Shown here piece by piece: positions 61,331-64,000 of a DNA stretch of 64,000 nucleotides. The DNA is taken from contig CBDCTK010000002.1 in assembly GCA_965222225.1 (NCBI GenBank), positions 2,240,001 through 2,304,000 of the forward strand, given 5' to 3'. Numbering within the stretch: position 1 is the first letter of the stretch; every line of letters begins with the position of its first letter. The position numbers and the translations under genes were made by a program. This DNA comes from Candidatus Poribacteria bacterium (GTDB taxonomy: Bacteria; Poribacteria; WGA-4E; JAJDTR01). The notes below the pieces were generated by a model, which was given only the letters and a program-made list of their open reading frames with translations, ran no database searches and was not told where the DNA came from.

Positions 61331-63820
61331 ATGAAAGATTATCAACCTCTCGATTTGTCTGCGTTGTGTAACGCCGGTCTGGATATACTGAACGATGGCG
61401 CGAGTGTGCCAATCGGAGAGCAGACGCTTCGCGGCTTGCCGTTCATCGTCGGCTCAGCCGATCCGGAGCGCGGCGGGGTCTGTCTCATCGCTTTCGATGC
61501 CAAGCGCGGGAATGTGACTATCCCTATCAATCAATCCGCCCGTCGCGTGATTATCGCGCATACCTTGCTTGAGTCGGAACTATCGGAAGGAGGGGCGTTG
61601 GCAAAGCCGATTGCAGACTACGTCTTCCGGATATCGTGCGGCGATGAGGTTCGCGTACCCATCCGTGAGAGATTTGAGATTGCCGTTCCCTCCTATGGCG
61701 GTTTGCCGTTCCGTGCACTTCCGGACCAACTGGATTCACTCTACCCGCGCAATGAGGGAAAATGGAGAGACGCCGGACACCGACAGACCGAGGTAACGCA
61801 AGGCAGACCGCGCGGTTTCTTTCTTTGGTCATGGGAAAATCCACATCCCGATACCCCCATCAAATCGCTGGAGGTCATCCCGACCGGAACACGTTTTGTC
61901 ATCGGAGCAATCACACTCGGACATGTAGACGAACATCCCTTTGTACGGCAGGGCCGTCGCGAAACGCGCATTATCCTAACCAACCCGGAGGACGCGGAAA
62001 AACCGTTCGACCTTGATGTGGAGGTAGATCGAGGGCTCGCAACCTATGTCCACGCCTTGCCGGAGGCTTCTGCGGATGATTTTGTCGACGATTCCTTCAA
62101 AGGCTGGGGCGAGGCACAGAACTCGAAATCTAGCCCCGCCTACACCGAGATTGCGGCGCTCCCCTCTGCGACGGTGACGGTTAAGCAAGGGGAGGAGGAG
62201 GTCGGTAAGGTTAAATGGAGGGATGTGCAAGAAAAAGGTTCCGTCGAGATACCGCGGATGCGCGTGGAACTGCTTGACCGCGGCAGAAATTGGGTGCACG
62301 TCACTGTTCTTGATGAAGAAACCGACAAGCCCGTGCCGTGCCGAGTTCATTTCCGATCGCCCGAAGGCATCGCTTATCAGCCGCACGGTCACCACAATCA
62401 GGTCAACTCGAATATGGAGACTTGGCACATTGATGTAGGCGGCGATGTACGCATGGGACAGATTACTTACGCTTATATAGACGGCACCTGCCAAGGCTGG
62501 CTGCCGCGCGGCGAGGTCATCGTCGATGTCGCACGCGGGTTTGAATACGAGCCGCTTCGGACGCGAGTAAAGGTTGAACCGGGGCAGCGCGAACTCACAC
62601 TGCGCCTCAAACGCTGGATCAACATGAACGAACAGCAATGGTTTAGCGGGGATTCGCATGTTCACTTCCTCTCCACGCAGGGCAGCCATACAGAGTCGCA
62701 GGGCGAAGACCTGAACGTGGTCAACTTGCTGCAATCGCAGTGGGGAAGCCTCTTCACAAACACCGAGGAATTTACGGGCAAGGCGAGCGTCCTGCAGGAC
62801 GGCAATAACATTGTCTATATCACGCAGGAGAACCGCCAACACTTCCTCGGACATTTAATCCTTTTGGGGCTTAAGAAACCGGTCATGCCGTGGTGTAGTG
62901 ATGGCGCCGGAGAAGCCGAACCCGGCGGAACGTTGGAAGTCACTATGAGTGACTGGGCGGACCAGTGCCATGCGCAAGGCGGTACCGTGATTATCCCGCA
63001 TCACCCGAATCCGAACGGCGAACCGGCGGCGCTAATTGCCACCGGCAGAGCGGACGGCGTCGAAATGCTGCGCCACGATCCGTTCAATCACCTTGAGTAC
63101 TACCGTTACCTAAACTGTGGCTATCGTTTACCGTTAGTTGGCGGCACAGACAAGATGTCGAGCGATGTACCGGTAGGCATTTATCGCACGTACGCTCGCC
63201 TCTCTGAAGACGAGGAATTTAATTACGACAACTGGTGCAAGAACGTCGCCCGCGGACGCACGTTCCACAGCGGCGGTCCCATCATCAACCTGACCGTAGA
63301 AGGCAATCAGATAGGCGACACGGTACAGATGTCCGGTCCCGGCACAGTTGAAGTCGAGGCATGGGCGGAGAGCATCTTCCCGATTCACACGCTTGAGCTC
63401 GTCCAAGCCGGGCGCGTGGTGGCATCAACAGAAGACGCGAAGGGCGCCCGACGATTGGAATTGAAGGCGAAGGTGAAGGCGCCTGGACATACGTGGGTGG
63501 CGGCAAGGTGCGGCGGTCCCAACTATACGAGCGTCCAGCACCATGACGGTTGGCAGCGCGGCATATTTGCGCACACCTCCCCGGTCTATATCGCTTGCGG
63601 CGGCGAATGGTGGATGTTCGACAAAGACGCGGCGCAATATATGCTTACGCTCATTGACGGCTGTCTGACCTACATCCGCGAGACCGCCCCGCTACACGAG
63701 CAAGGCACGGCGACACACCATCACGGCGAGCCGGATCACGCTGCCTACCTCGAACGTCCCTTTATCGAAGCGCGCGAGGCAATCCATCAACGCATGCACA
63801 AGCTGGGTATGCCTCACTAA
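61331..63820 (+). CDS. CehA/McbA-family PHP-like metallohydrolase
   Basis: RGFEY, SGDSHVH, LGHL, PHHP, GGTD, AHTSPVYI. Confidence 0.85.
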   Translation: MKDYQPLDLSALCNAGLDILNDGASVPIGEQTLRGLPFIVGSADPERGGVCLIAFDAKRGNVTIPINQSARRVIIAHTLLESELSEGGALAKPIADYVFRISCGDEVRVPIRERFEIAVPSYGGLPFRALPDQLDSLYPRNEGKWRDAGHRQTEVTQGRPRGFFLWSWENPHPDTPIKSLEVIPTGTRFVIGAITLGHVDEHPFVRQGRRETRIILTNPEDAEKPFDLDVEVDRGLATYVHALPEASADDFVDDSFKGWGEAQNSKSSPAYTEIAALPSATVTVKQGEEEVGKVKWRDVQEKGSVEIPRMRVELLDRGRNWVHVTVLDEETDKPVPCRVHFRSPEGIAYQPHGHHNQVNSNMETWHIDVGGDVRMGQITYAYIDGTCQGWLPRGEVIVDVARGFEYEPLRTRVKVEPGQRELTLRLKRWINMNEQQWFSGDSHVHFLSTQGSHTESQGEDLNVVNLLQSQWGSLFTNTEEFTGKASVLQDGNNIVYITQENRQHFLGHLILLGLKKPVMPWCSDGAGEAEPGGTLEVTMSDWADQCHAQGGTVIIPHHPNPNGEPAALIATGRADGVEMLRHDPFNHLEYYRYLNCGYRLPLVGGTDKMSSDVPVGIYRTYARLSEDEEFNYDNWCKNVARGRTFHSGGPIINLTVEGNQIGDTVQMSGPGTVEVEAWAESIFPIHTLELVQAGRVVASTEDAKGARRLELKAKVKAPGHTWVAARCGGPNYTSVQHHDGWQRGIFAHTSPVYIACGGEWWMFDKDAAQYMLTLIDGCLTYIRETAPLHEQGTATHHHGEPDHAAYLERPFIEAREAIHQRMHKLGMPH

Positions 63821-63849
63821 TTGCCTGAGAGTACTGAGGTGAATCATAA

Positions 63850-64000
63850 GTTATACCATTTCGATTGATTAACAGCGCATATGATTTTTAATCATATCAT
63901 TCTCTTTCTCCGTGGGCGGGGATCAAGCGAGCGAATAGCGAGTGCGATAGAGATCCCCTTGCCCCGCATCGGTAAGATTTGATTAACGCTATTAATGCAC
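63850..64000 (+). mobile_element. MITE-like element (cut by the window edge) with a consensus 37-nt element at 63921-63957
   Basis: Left end GTTATACCATTTC; GCGGG-unit-CTTGCCCCGC; the downstream arm matches 1533-1575 and 16583-16625. Confidence 0.75.

Noticed and set aside
1496-63957. 37-nt units as CRISPR repeats
   Set aside because: The length fits, but copies are dispersed, divergent and nested, with no regular spacers, leader or cas genes
1-64000. tRNA, rRNA or riboswitch genes
   Set aside because: No recognisable signature by eye; tRNAscan-SE or Infernal would be needed to exclude them formally

Overview
64 kb of bacterial chromosome that looks like Candidatus Poribacteria or a similar sponge-associated lineage. 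This is inferred from several PhyH dioxygenases, ankyrin and FG-GAP proteins, an LLPNYPNPFNPETWIPY C-terminal domain and a FAVDPAGKLSTTWGKLK C-terminal motif. Genes include polA, a divergent uvrA, an SNF2-SWIM helicase, a type IIG restriction-modification fusion, GGT, a sialidase-like protein, a 2560-aa M28-like/LysM/FtsX protein beside a DUF6785-type membrane protein, and a catabolic cluster. Two near-identical 1249-bp IS1595-family copies each carry an 8-bp target duplication and each split a gene. Two signals stand out. (1) A dispersed 37-nt element (consensus GATCAAGCGAGCGAATAGCGAGTGCGATAGAGATCCC) occurs at about 18 loci. It shows compensatory base changes, sits inside hairpins of several unrelated GTAG-type REPs and a MITE, repeatedly inserts into its own loop, leaves no target duplication, and has disrupted one gene. 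(2) An AT-rich four-gene TIR - unknown - 3TM - TIR operon is Thoeris-like but has no ThsA, and its second gene is split by IS1595. No rRNA, tRNA or CRISPR array was seen. All family calls come from reading motifs by eye, not from database searches.
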